A stretch of 64,000 bases of DNA, from positions 132,744,001 through 132,808,000 of the forward strand of contig CM059431.1 in NCBI GenBank assembly GCA_030390025.1, given 5' to 3'. Each line of letters opens with the position of its first letter. Position 1 is the first letter of the stretch. Made by a program: the position numbers and the translations under genes. This document shows, one piece after another, positions 39,001-49,935 of the stretch. The DNA comes from Squalus acanthias. Lineage: Eukaryota. The notes beneath the pieces are model-generated. The model made no database searches. It saw nothing but the letters and a program-made list of their open reading frames with translations, and was not told where the DNA came from.

Positions 39001-40209
39001 TTGTTAGTCCTCCCAAAATGCATCACCTCACACTTTTCAGGGTTAAATTCCATTTGCCACTGTTCTGCCCATCTGACCAACCCGTCTATATCGTCCTGTA
39101 GCCTGAGGCTTCCCTCCTCGCTATTTACTACCCCACCAATTTTCGTGTCATCTGCGAACTTACTGATCATACCTCCTACATTCATATCTAAATCATTAAT
39201 GTACACTACAAACAGCAAAGGACCCAGCACCGATCCCTGCGGTACACCACTGGACACAGGCTTCCAGTCACAAAAACAACCTTTGACCATCACCCTCTGC
39301 CTCCTGCCACTAAGCCAATTTTGGATCCAATGTGCCAAGTTGTCCTGGATCCCATGGGCTTTTATCTTCTTGACCAGTCTCCCATGCGGGACTTTGTCAA
39401 AAGCCTTACTGAAGTCCATGTAGACCACATCAACTGCACTACCCTCTATGCCACGGCTAATAAAGGCAAGCATTCCGTATGCCTTCTTAACCACCTTATC
39501 TACTTGGCCTGCTACCTTCAGGGATCTGTGGACATGCACTCCAAGGTCCCTTTGTTCCTCTACACTACTCAGTGTCCTACCATTTAATGTGTATTCCCTT
39601 TCCTTGTTAGCCCTCCCCAAATGCATTACCTCACACTTCTCCGGATTGAATTCCATTTGCCACTGTTCTGCCCACCTGACCAATTTACTGATATCTTCCT
39701 GCAGTCTACAGCTTCCTTCTTCAGTATCAACCACACAGCCGATTTTAGTATCATCTGCAAACTTCTTAATCATACCCCCTATATTCAAGTCAAGATCGTT
39801 GATATATACCACAAAAAGCAAGGGACCTAGTACTGAGCCCTGCGGAACCCCACTGGAAACAGCCTTCCAGTCACAAAAACACCCATCAACCATTACCCTC
39901 TGCTTCCTGCCTCCGAGCCAGTTTTGAATCCAACTTGACACTTTGCCCTGGATCCCATGGGCTTTTAACTTTGTGACCAGTCTGCCATGTGGAACCTTAT
40001 CAAAAGCCTTGCTAAAGTCCATATACACTACATCAAACGCACTAGCCTCATCTACCCTCCTTGTTACCTCCTCAAAAAATTCAATCAAGTTTGTTAGACA
40101 CGACCTTCCCTTAACAAATCCGTGCTGACTATCCTTGATTAATCCGTGTCTTTCTAAATGAAGATTTATCCTGTCCTTCAGAATTCTTTCCAATAATTTT
40201 CCCACCACC
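36097..40209 (-). mobile_element. Stack of three CR1 LINEs: a host copy with nested copies at ~36186-37719 and ~38237-39443
   Basis: Separate CR1 3' tails at ~36097, ~36186 and ~38237. The host sequence rejoins across each insert (CCAGTCTAAT|...CCCACTT; CTGCTCTTGT|...CTCTATGCC). Confidence 0.9.
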
Positions 40210-41019
40210 GGTCAGCGGTGATCGTCATCGCCTCGCCGCTGACTACAAATTCCGGGCCAATGCATTTTGTGAGGATGAAAGACCGAGCAAGCCTTCCGAA
40301 GTTTTAAACCCAAGACCTTTTTGATGTCAAGCTACCGACGACTGAGTTACCTGACTTTCCTTCCCCTGTTGGCTGACTGCAGACTGACATTGACTAGTTA
40401 TAAAGATCTGTAAAATAAAGCAGTGACCCAGCCAGGTGACCCAATTATAACTTACCTCCTGTTAGTTGGTGACAGATTGAAACTGTTGTGGAAATGTACA
40501 TACTCAAATCATTGGCCTTGTCAACTGGACCTGTTAAATACACGTACTGTTGGCTAATGACAGATTGATACTAACCAGCCATGGAGGAGCCCTCAGGGGA
40601 AGAAATATAAGGCAAAATATGTATAAAAATAAACTTTATTAAAAAAAACTGCAACTTAAATTTGCATCGTTTTATAAGCTGGTGGTATCGCAAATAGTAT
40701 TATTTAGTTTATCTGATATCCAAAAGGTTGAATCCATTATAAAGAAATTGGAAACAGTTGGTATCACAGCCATTCTAATTCTGAAATTTGTTAGCTATGG
40801 AATGTTTTATCTGAAAATGAGACCATCCTACAAAATTGGATTTCCAGTTATAACACCAAGAAAAAGGAGGTCAAATTAAAGAACATTATTGCTCGCAGTA
40901 TCTGTAAAGATTTGCTTCCATTATAAAAAATACATAGGTTTATATTTTTAAAATCAAAAAGAAAATACTTGGAGACAGATGATGTATTTTCAGGAGTAAA
41001 CAGAGAAATATGTTAATAC

Positions 41020-41780
41020 CGTCACTAATGGGCTTGTAGTGCAAATCGCATCATTTTATCTTTCATTCTGCATTCCTCCTCTTGGCTAAAAGTGCATCCA
41101 AGATATGAATTCAGCATATTCAGAACATCCCGCGTGAAATTAAATGTTTGACAGAGTGAGAAAAATATACAGGCTCTCCTGATGCCATAAAAATAGTAAT
41201 TTATGCAGATGTAGAGGGAAAAATCATTTGCAATGAAGTGACCCTCATAGTGTGAATTTTGTTCACTGTTCTGTTTAATCAAATACTGTATCTTCATTTT
41301 CAGTTCTCTGCTAAGCAGTCTTGTAGATAACGAAAGTGCCAAAAAAAAGAGAAAAAAGCTCAGTGGGTGCATTTCCATTGCACTTTTTACCCGAGGCAAT
41401 AGGTAGAATTTAACGGATTCCGCTGAACATATGTTTTTCCCAGATAAGTAAACAGTGTGTGTCGGAAATGAAAAGCATTTGCAATTTAATGACATTACAT
41501 CTCGGAGCTTATCCTAGCGTGCTGCGAGGCGAAAAGCAGCGAGAGAGGGAGAGAGACGCCGAGAGAGAGAGAGAGAGAGAGAAGAATGAGTTTTACCTGT
41601 CCTCCATTCCGGGGAAGGCGCTGTGCTTTAACAAATTAACTGTAGGAAATGTCTTAAAGAGAACAAAGGCAGGCAACGTGGAAAACAATATAACCAGCCG
41701 ATTAAAATCTCAAATGCAAAATGCACGCACTTACCACATTTGGAGTTTCGAGGGTTTCAATGCATATTTACAAACGTTTT
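41020..41780. promoter_or_regulatory. Candidate conserved non-coding element or developmental enhancer
   Basis: TE-free and non-coding. Dense in TF-like motifs: GCCATAAAA at 41184, TTATGCAGAT at 41201, and AGATAA plus GTAAACA at 41442-41454. Lies in the expected GPR180-SOX21 interval. Conservation not tested. Confidence 0.55.
41541..41582 (+). repeat. (GA)n microsatellite, interrupted
   Basis: GAGAGAGGGAGAGAGACGCCGAGAGAGAGA... Confidence 0.9.
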
Positions 41781-44536
41781 ATCTCATATGCAGCATTAAC
41801 ACAAAAAAACACTTGTCTCAAATAAAAAGCGTTTCTTACACACCACTAGATATGGAACTGCATTTTCCTCTTCATTCTATCCTGTTTCAGACGGATAAGT
41901 TAGAGAGAGAGAGAGCGAATCTTTTTATGTCCGACCACCCTAACTGAATAGAATATATCGCGCCCCCAAGAAGAGTATGAAATTGTATTGTTTCCTGATA
42001 TTTTAACACATTATTTCTTTTCACTGCGTTTCAACAGACTTGGTTAAAACATAAGTTGCAAACCAATTCATACGTAGCCATTTCTACTTATGAGCAAATT
42101 ACCAACAAAACCCAGATGTGTGTAAATTGCTGCCAAGTACCAGTTTTGCAGAGCCAGTAATGGATTGCCATTCTGGGTATATGGAGTTCTAGTTCAGTGT
42201 ATTTAATTTTTTGCAGGATTGGACTTATTACGTATAACAGGATTCAGTTCTATTTAAGATTGCCTGCAGTTGATGTAATTTAGATGAAAATAGAGACTGA
42301 AATGACTCTTCATTTGAAAATTAAGTACTGTATATTGCTGCAGGGGGATTGGGTGTACTGTAATTTCATCTCTGGGACCTGGTTTCGAATGCAGACCAGA
42401 CAGAGGGATGATGCTTTTTATATCCTCAAAGGCTGTTACATATTCTAAATAAAATTAGTTTGGACAGTCTCCCTTCAATTTTCATTGGAGTCTAGTCGAC
42501 ACTCCAAAGCTTCTCTCAAGTTAGCATTAATTCAGCAATTTGTCTTAAAAGGCCAATGAGACAGAATTGGGAAATATATTGGCCCGTGAGCTGCAGAGAC
42601 ACTGCAGAGAGAGCTTTGCTTTGTGACAGGTCATACTTTTATGTTGTCAGATGCTGTAACGGGCGAGAGTGGCATGCTATCTATTTCCCAGCACTGTAAC
42701 TTCTCACGTTTTTGAACATATATACATACACATTATAATAAAACATAGTAAAATGAGAAACTAGCTTATTTATTTCAAAATAATCAATATTAATTGTTTA
42801 CTCATAAACTTTTCACCCTGCTGAGTGTACATCCTGAACCATGTGCTACTCAGTTGTAAAGAAATTCTGCTTGTAATGTTGCACTCCTTTATCACCAAGG
42901 AGATGCTGTTGCTTACCTTGCTTGTGGTGCATTCTGGGTATAACATCATCACCCTACTTGGTGTCTCTTTCTTAGGTCTTTGTTCTCTTAGGGCAGAAAC
43001 AACCCTTACCAAACTATTGAAACTGACCATTTTTAATTCGAATAGTCTGCTTTAAAAGTATATTATTTTATATCAATTATGGCAATACTGTCACGAGGTT
43101 GGGATTTTTCCCACTCAATTCCAGATATCCCAGTGTCCTAATGAGTAGGATGATCCTGGCTGGTAAAGTGCAGTGTTTCAGCTGGTTAACTTCCAGCAAT
43201 ACACCGACACATACAAGCCACTTCACTGCACAGAGAGAATTTCACTCTGCATCTGGCCCATGTTATACTCGATCTGGGATGTGTAGATGCTGACAATAGT
43301 TGCTGAAAGTAGAAAAGCCAGCACTGACATCTCTTATCTTGGTAAAGACAAAATTATCAACAAAAAGGAGACAAATGAAAAAATGGACTTGTGCAATATT
43401 ATGGTATCATCTCAATCTCTGTTCAAGAGTGGTATCTAAAAAAGAAAAAGAGTGGTACAGCTCAAACAGCAGTTCTGTTTTGGGAGAAATGGGTTTTGCT
43501 GCTGTACAAGGATTGATGCTACAGGAAGAATAGATAAAACAGCAGACAGAAGGCCGCTCCTATTAAAGGTTAAACAGCTTTTTCAGTTACTTTCTGAGGA
43601 TTTCCCTTGCATTTTTACTTTTCACTGTACTTATCTGGCTATAAATATCCTCTGAATCCTTAATGGGTTAAGGTGTTTATCTGTACAGCCAAACCAGGAA
43701 CACTTAAATCAAAATTATTGAAGAAAGTGAAACATGTAGCTTGGTTAAAATTTATTATACATTTTCAACCATAAGACTTGCAAAGGATAAATCAACACAC
43801 TAAATACAAGTCATATTGTGCATTAGTAACCACCTCCAAGGTAACTATGTGTAACATCATAGCAAGAGGCCCATATCCTATTACTTCACCCAAAGTACCA
43901 CAACTCAAAAGACAGTAAATCCACTCCTAGGCTAAAATGCTCAGGATACTATTGACCATCATTTCCTCCATATTCTCTTTCCTCACTGTTAAAGTCCTTA
44001 GCCAGGTTCCTTGTCACTATGGCTGCAGCAGAATTTCAAAAATATATATTCAAAAAGTCTTGTCCATGTTGAATAGTGTTTGAAATATGTAGTTTTAATA
44101 ATGGTGTTTCTGGGGCCTTTAACATATTGAGGGATCAGTTGGTGTTTATAATCCACTTGAGTTTACGACGTTACTGAACCCTCAATGTGCTACAGCTTTG
44201 TAACACACTCTTAAAGATCTTTTATCTGATTTTTTTTTAACAGGAATTGTAGCTGAAGTGACAGTTAGGGTTATAGTCTCCATTAAATATGCTTCTAATT
44301 AAGCCAGTAGGAATACAAATACAGCAGTAACAAAAAAATGATCCAATTACAGTCATTAACAGGCTCATGGTGCTCATTATCTTCTCTCACTTTCTGGTCT
44401 GGTAGTCAGGTGCTCTTTGTTTGGTACAGCAGCAAGCACCTATGGCTGGGATTGACTATAATGCTTGAACAAAGCAATTAAAAAAAAAATCATTCTTGAG
44501 AAGATGGTGATGAACCTCTGCCGTCCATGTGGTGAA

Positions 44537-45547
44537 ATCTTCTCTGCACCCTCTCCAGTGTCTCTATATCCTTTTTATAATATGGCGACCAGAATTGTAC
44601 GCAGTACTCCAAGTGTGGTCTAACCAAGGTTCAATACAAATTTAGCATAACTTCACTACTTTTCAATTCTATCCCTCTAGAAATAAACCCTAGTGCTTGG
44701 TTTGCTTTTTTTATGGCCTTGGTAACCTGTGTCGCTACTTTTAGTGATTTGTGTATTTGTACTCCGAGATCCCTTTGTTCCTCTACCCCACCCAGAATCG
44801 TACCCTTCAAGTAGTAAGTGACCTCCCTAGTTTATTTAATATATCTCCTCTTTTTATTTTAAATGCAGTTATGTCATTACTAATCTCATCATCCGATGTC
44901 ATGTCCACCTGTTCCACCTCCCTGGTAAACACTGAAGCAAAGTAATTATTTAATACTTCTGCCATCTCTCTATTGTTGCCTGTGGTATTATTCTGTCCAT
45001 TCCTGAGTGGTCCTATTCCCATCCCGACCTTCCTTTTTTTATTGATGTGTGACGTAAGAAAACTACTAGGCACTTGGTCTAAGCGTTAAACAAAGCTTTA
45101 ATCAACTGTTTTTCAACATGGAGATCTAGTTGTGTCCTTCACTAGTTCCTGTTAAGGAATGTCCTGAGCAAGCTGGGCCCATGCCCGAGTATTTATACTC
45201 TCCCTGGACAGCGCCACCAGCAGGCCGCCCAGTATTACTTCATAAGTCATTTCCACATGAATGACAAGATTCATGTCATTGTGCCTGTAAAATATTTTAC
45301 TATTTTGTTTTATGTTCCTTGATAATTTAATTTCATAGTTCCTCTTTGCCTTCCTTAATTGTTTTTTTGACTTCTCTCCTAATCTCTTCGTATTCTCCCT
45401 TATCACGCTCTCCCTTGCTGTCCATGTATTTAATGTATGACTCTTTCCTTACCCTCAATTTTTCGCTTCTGGATTTATTTATCCGTGGTGTCCCATTAGT
45501 GTTTAACTTGTTCTTGTTTTTTAGCGGAATATAGTTTTCCTGTCATA
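44537..45547 (-). mobile_element. Internally deleted CR1 LINE
   Basis: EMAEVLNNYFASVFT and [18 protein letters not shown] segments joined across a deletion. Confidence 0.8.
45050..45278 (-). mobile_element. Small solo LTR (229 bp) inserted in the CR1
   Basis: TGACGT...ATGTCA termini and a 5-bp TSD ATGTG/TTGTG. TATAAATA followed by ATTAAA on the - strand. Confidence 0.75.
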
Positions 45548-47233
45548 TCTAACTCATCTCTTTACTCTCCCACAGGTCCATCAAGAGCCCCTCCCACTGT
45601 CCAGGAGGAAGAGGAAGAAGAAAAGCCTCCAGCCTTTGAGGGCGCACCATCAACAGACATAAGCATACCCAGCACCAGCGCAGATACACACACCTCGGTG
45701 GGTGCCACGTGAGATAGAGTAGTGTTGTCACCTGGTGTCTCACAACTCACAAGTGAGCAAGAGCAGATGGTGGAGACAGCGACAGCAGTGGAGACTCCTC
45801 ACCAGAGGGTGCAGGATGCTCCCAGCTCTGCTCAGCTGCATGCAGACGCTGAGCTTTGGGAGCCATCCAGAAAGAGGGCGATCCTGGAGGTGCAGCAGGA
45901 AGTGCAGGAGGCTTTGACAGGTTTTGCGACCGTGATGTCTGTAAATGTTCAGAGAATGGAGGAGTCCATCTCCAACATGAGCTCTACCATGTCGTAGACG
46001 ATGGCAACTGTAGGCTCTTCCATGGAAAGGATGGCCACCTGCATGGAGCAACTAATCCAACACTCACAGGAGCACATGGTCTCTATGGAGAATAGATGGC
46101 TATCTATAGAGAATAGATGGCAGGCGCTCATAGACCTCCTCTCTAGGAGGGATGTCAATGTAGACATGGGTTCTCATGGCCCCATTGCTGTGCAGCAAGT
46201 TGCTCTCCAGCTCCTTGTTAGCAGGGAAGTGCGGGTGGCCCATGAGAGGGATGATGGTGAGAGGGGACATGGAAGTGGGGACTCCTCTCAAAGCGCTCAC
46301 ACTTCTCCCCCATTGCCCCCCACTCAGTCAGAGCCCCAGATGGCTCCTCGGATCGCGATGGCCGAGTCTACCCCTGCACAGTCGCAGGAGGAGCAGACTT
46401 TGGCGGGGCCATCACAGGCTCCAAATCCCAGAGGACGTCCGCCAAAAGTGTCTATGCAGTCGCAGCAGGGAAGTAAGCAGGCTGCCTCTACCTCTGCTGA
46501 AGCCACAGGGGTAGCACCTCGTAGAAGCATACATAAGAGAAACATGAAACACAATTAGATGCACAAGGGTAGCCACTTGGCTGTTTTAATAAATGTTTGT
46601 GTAAAGTTTCCGTTACTGTGATGTCACAGATAAAAATATTTATTTTCACCACTTTCCTGTCATAAACAAATTTGTTTGCAACGTTGAGTGAGTTGGAGTG
46701 AATGGTGAGACATAACATTACCTCCAGCAATGGTGGTGAGTGTGAAAGGAACGGCCTGGTCATTGTAGGGATGCTTTATAGTGTTGCTGTGAGGTGTTGG
46801 GAGCCTGGCACAGCATGTGGCAGCCATATGGGTGTAATGCGTGAAGTTAAGTAACTCTGGCCATGATGATGCCATCCCTGGCCTCCTGGGCAGCAATGTG
46901 CTTGGGTGCTTGACCGTAGGTTCCTCCTCCTCCTCCTCCTCCTCCTCCTCTGAAGAGGCTGTGTGCTCAGTGCCTTGCTCCTCATGCAGCGCTAATCCTC
47001 GCTGCTGCACTATGCTGTGCAGTGCGCAGCAGATCACAACGATTCTGGAGACCCTGGCTGGTGCATACTGAAGGGCTCCTCCAGATCTGTCAAGGCATCT
47101 GAAGCGCATTTTCAGCATGCTTATTTTCTGCTCTATGACACATCTGGTGGAAATGTGACTTTCATTATATCTCTCCTGGGTTTCAGTACTTGGCCTTCTC
47201 AAGGGTGTCATGAGCCACGTCTTCAGTGGATAG

Positions 47234-48028
47234 AAAAGCAAAATACTGTGGATGCTGGAAATCTGAAATAAAAACAGAAAATGCTGGAAATACTCAGCAG
47301 GTCAGGCAGCATCTGTGGAGAGAGAAACAGAGTTAATGTTTCAGGTCAATGACCCTTCGTCAGAACTGGAAAAAGTTGGAGATGGAACAGGTTTTTAAGC
47401 AAGTGTAGGGGCAGGGAAAGGGGGGAAGGGAGGAAAGAACAAAAGGGAACTCTGTGATAGGATGGAAGGCAGGAGAGATTAAGAGACAAAAGGGATGATG
47501 GTGCAAGGCAAAAGGAGATGGTAATGGGACAAGTTAAGAAACAAAAGATGGCTCTAGATGAAATGTAAATGGCAATGGCTGAATGATCGACAGCTGCCAT
47601 GTGAGAGAGAGAGAAAAAAAAGATAGGGGCAGAGGTTATGGTCTGAAATTGTTGAACTCGATGTTGATTCCAGAAGGCTGTAAAGTGCCTAATTGAAAGA
47701 TGAGGTGCTGTTCCTCGAGCTTACGTTGAGTTTCATTGGAACAGTGTAAGAGGCCGAGGATGGAGAGGTCAGAGTGGGAGTGGAGCGGAGAATTAAAGTG
47801 ACAGGCAACCGGAAGCTCGGGGTCACCCTTACGGACTGAACGGAGGTGTTCCGCAAAGTGGTCACCCAATCTGCATTTGGTCTCCCCAATGCAGAGGAGA
47901 CCGCATCGTGAGCAGCAAGTACAGTATACTAAATTGTAAGAAGTACAAGTAAATCGCTGTTTCACCTGGAAGGAGTGTTTGGGGCCCTGGATAGTGGGAA
48001 GGGAGGAGGTACAAGGGCATGTGTTGCA
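47234..48028 (-). mobile_element. Penelope-like element 3' part: GIY-YIG endonuclease plus pLTR
   Basis: [36 protein letters not shown]...LEEQHLIFQLGTLQPSGINIEF. 14-bp TSD TCTTCAGTGGATAG / TCTTAAGTGGATAG at 47220-47233 and 48029-48042. Confidence 0.92.
47331..47367 (-). ncRNA. Minimal hammerhead ribozyme motif in the Penelope pLTR
   Basis: The - strand reads AGTT-CTGACGA-A-GGGTC-ATT-GACCT-GAAA-CATT-AACT. Sister copies have GAAACGTT at this position. Confidence 0.65.
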
Positions 48029-48524
48029 TCTTAAGTGGATAGCCCTTGTCTCCAAGCAGCCAGCCGGAAAGTCTGTTTGGAGGAGCGAAGAGCTGAGGGA
48101 GGGTGGATTCGTGAAGGACGAAAGAGTCATGGCAGCTGCCAGGGGATTTTGTGCACACATGCATGATGATCTTACTATGGTTGCAGACGAGCTGCATATT
48201 GAGGGAATGGAAGCCCTTGCGGTTGACAAAGACTTCTGGGTGATGAGGGGGTGCCCTGATGGCCACATGTGTGCAGTCGATGATGCTCTGCACCTGTGGG
48301 AAGCCAGCCAGAGTGGCAAAGGCCAGCGCCCGCTCAGTAACACTGGCTTCATCAGTAGCAAAGCTGATATAATTGGCTGACTTGTCAAAGAGGACATTGG
48401 TGATCTGTGTGATGCATCTGTGGGTGGCCGACTGCGAGATGCCGCAAATGTCTGCTGTAGATCCCTGGAAGGAGCCTAAGGTGAAGAAGTTGAGGGCGCT
48501 GGTGACTTTGACAGCCACTGGTAA

Positions 48525-48793
48525 GGCAACACGGTGGCATAGTGGTTAGCACTGTTGCTTCACAGCGCCAGGGACCCGGATTCAAAACCAGCCCGTTCTC
48601 CCCGTGTCTGCGTGGGTTTCCTCCTACAGTCCAAAGATGTGCAGGTTAGGTTGATTTGGCTATGATAAATTGACCCTTAGTGTTAGGGGGGATTAAATAC
48701 GTGGGGTTACGGGGATAGGGTGGGATATGTGTCGGTGCAGGCTCGATGGGCCGAAATGGCCTCTATCTGCACTGTGGGGATTCTGTGATTCTG
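48525..48793 (+). mobile_element. HE1-like V-SINE
   Basis: tRNA head with A box TGGCATAGTGG and B-box-like GATTCAAAACC. V-domain GTTCTCCCCGTGTCTGCGTGGGTTTCCTCC. CR1-type tail GATTCTGTGATTCTG. Confidence 0.88.
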
Positions 48794-49935
48794 TGTCCAC
48801 CAGGTCCTCTGGGCAGCAGGTCTTTCTACAGCAATTTGCAAATGTCTGCGATGACCTGGCGCATTAGCCTGAGCCTCCGTTGGCACTGCTGCTCAGTCAT
48901 GTTGAGGAAGCTCATCCTCTGCCTGTATACCTGTGTTGGGGGCATCGCCTCTGGCGTGGTGCAGCCCTGCACTGATGCCCTCTGTACTGTGCAGCATCAG
49001 GTGGTTGAGGAGAAGGTTGGTGGTGGTGTTGTTAGTGCTGCTGGTGTGCCTGGTGCTGCTTGTGTTGGGGCTCATCGTGGTCCGATTCTGAGGACCAAGG
49101 TGAGACAGTTTAAACGGCGCCCATCCTGATATAATAGATGGCAGGTCAAGTAGAGATGACAGGAGCAATCTGTCAATGGTGTGATAGGTTGTACTACTGA
49201 GATGGCAGTGGATCCTGACTTTGCTGAAAAGATTTGCAAACTTTAGAAAGCTAAATTTGTGCTGACAATGCACTCAGCAACAGCATCTGCTTTAGGAAAG
49301 TGACCAGGTGTCAGGTGAGAGTTTTTATTGTACTTTTCATGCTGTGCACTAATGAGCTGGATCAATGGCCACTCAACTTCCGCCTCAGGTTCATAGATGT
49401 GCTTCCCAAGCTGCGTGATTCCCGTGGTCATCCAGTGAAATTTGAAAGGTAGGGTTAAAAAGACTCTTAAGGTCCTGACAAGTACCTCATAATGAGCTAA
49501 ATTACCAGAGCCGCCTCTGCCATTCAGGTCGCTGCTGCGCTGGCAAACGCACCCAAGAGAAAGGCGCGTGGGGGCAGGATGACGGCAGGTTGCCGACCCA
49601 CTCAAACCTATTTCAAATTTCCCACACGACCCGCCTCCAATCACGCCCGCACGGACGCCAGAAAATTCCGGCCTTAATATCCAATTAATTCAATTGTGAA
49701 AAAGTAAATGCTAAAAACTGCAGAACAATTTTAAAACAGTGGCATCATCAATGTAATGGGACAATTACCAAAACAAATTATGTACTTATTGTGAATAGAG
49801 ACTTTTCTATGTTAATCCGAGCAAAATAGAACAAAAAGCACTCCACATGTATCAATATTTGCCATCGAATCATCCCTATAGTCCCTAAGTGGTTCATTTA
49901 AATTCATTTCCTACATTACAACTGTGACTACACTT

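Larger units (their letters stand above)
34771..40258. mobile_element. Harbinger-type MITE of the same family, expanded by a nested MITE and three CR1s
   Basis: Ends GGCCCAGATTTTGCGG / CTACAAATTCCGGGCC. Colinear with 33585-34347 after the inserts are removed. Confidence 0.75.
46850..49124 (-). pseudogene. Second Harbinger DDE transposase copy, disrupted by Penelope and SINE inserts
   Basis: [45 protein letters not shown] and [20 protein letters not shown] at 49124. Confidence 0.9.
45548..49673. mobile_element. Harbinger transposon missing one end: Myb-gene last exon (+, ~45576-46558) convergent with transposase (-)
   Basis: Splice acceptor TTTACTCTCCCACAG| at 45575. C-terminus homologous to 9130-9522. 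Terminal GAAAATTCCGGCC followed by TTA. Confidence 0.85.

Noticed and set aside
41025..41947. ORFs of 156 aa (-) and 162 aa (+)
   Set aside because: No recognisable domain, non-ATG starts, and one spans a GA microsatellite. Better explained as non-coding DNA.
47636..48518. Harbinger transposase-GIY-YIG fusion protein
   Set aside because: The junction is a TSD-flanked Penelope insertion, and the two domains are in different reading frames.
48525..48605. tRNA gene
   Set aside because: The A and B boxes belong to a SINE head followed by a V-domain and a CR1-type tail.
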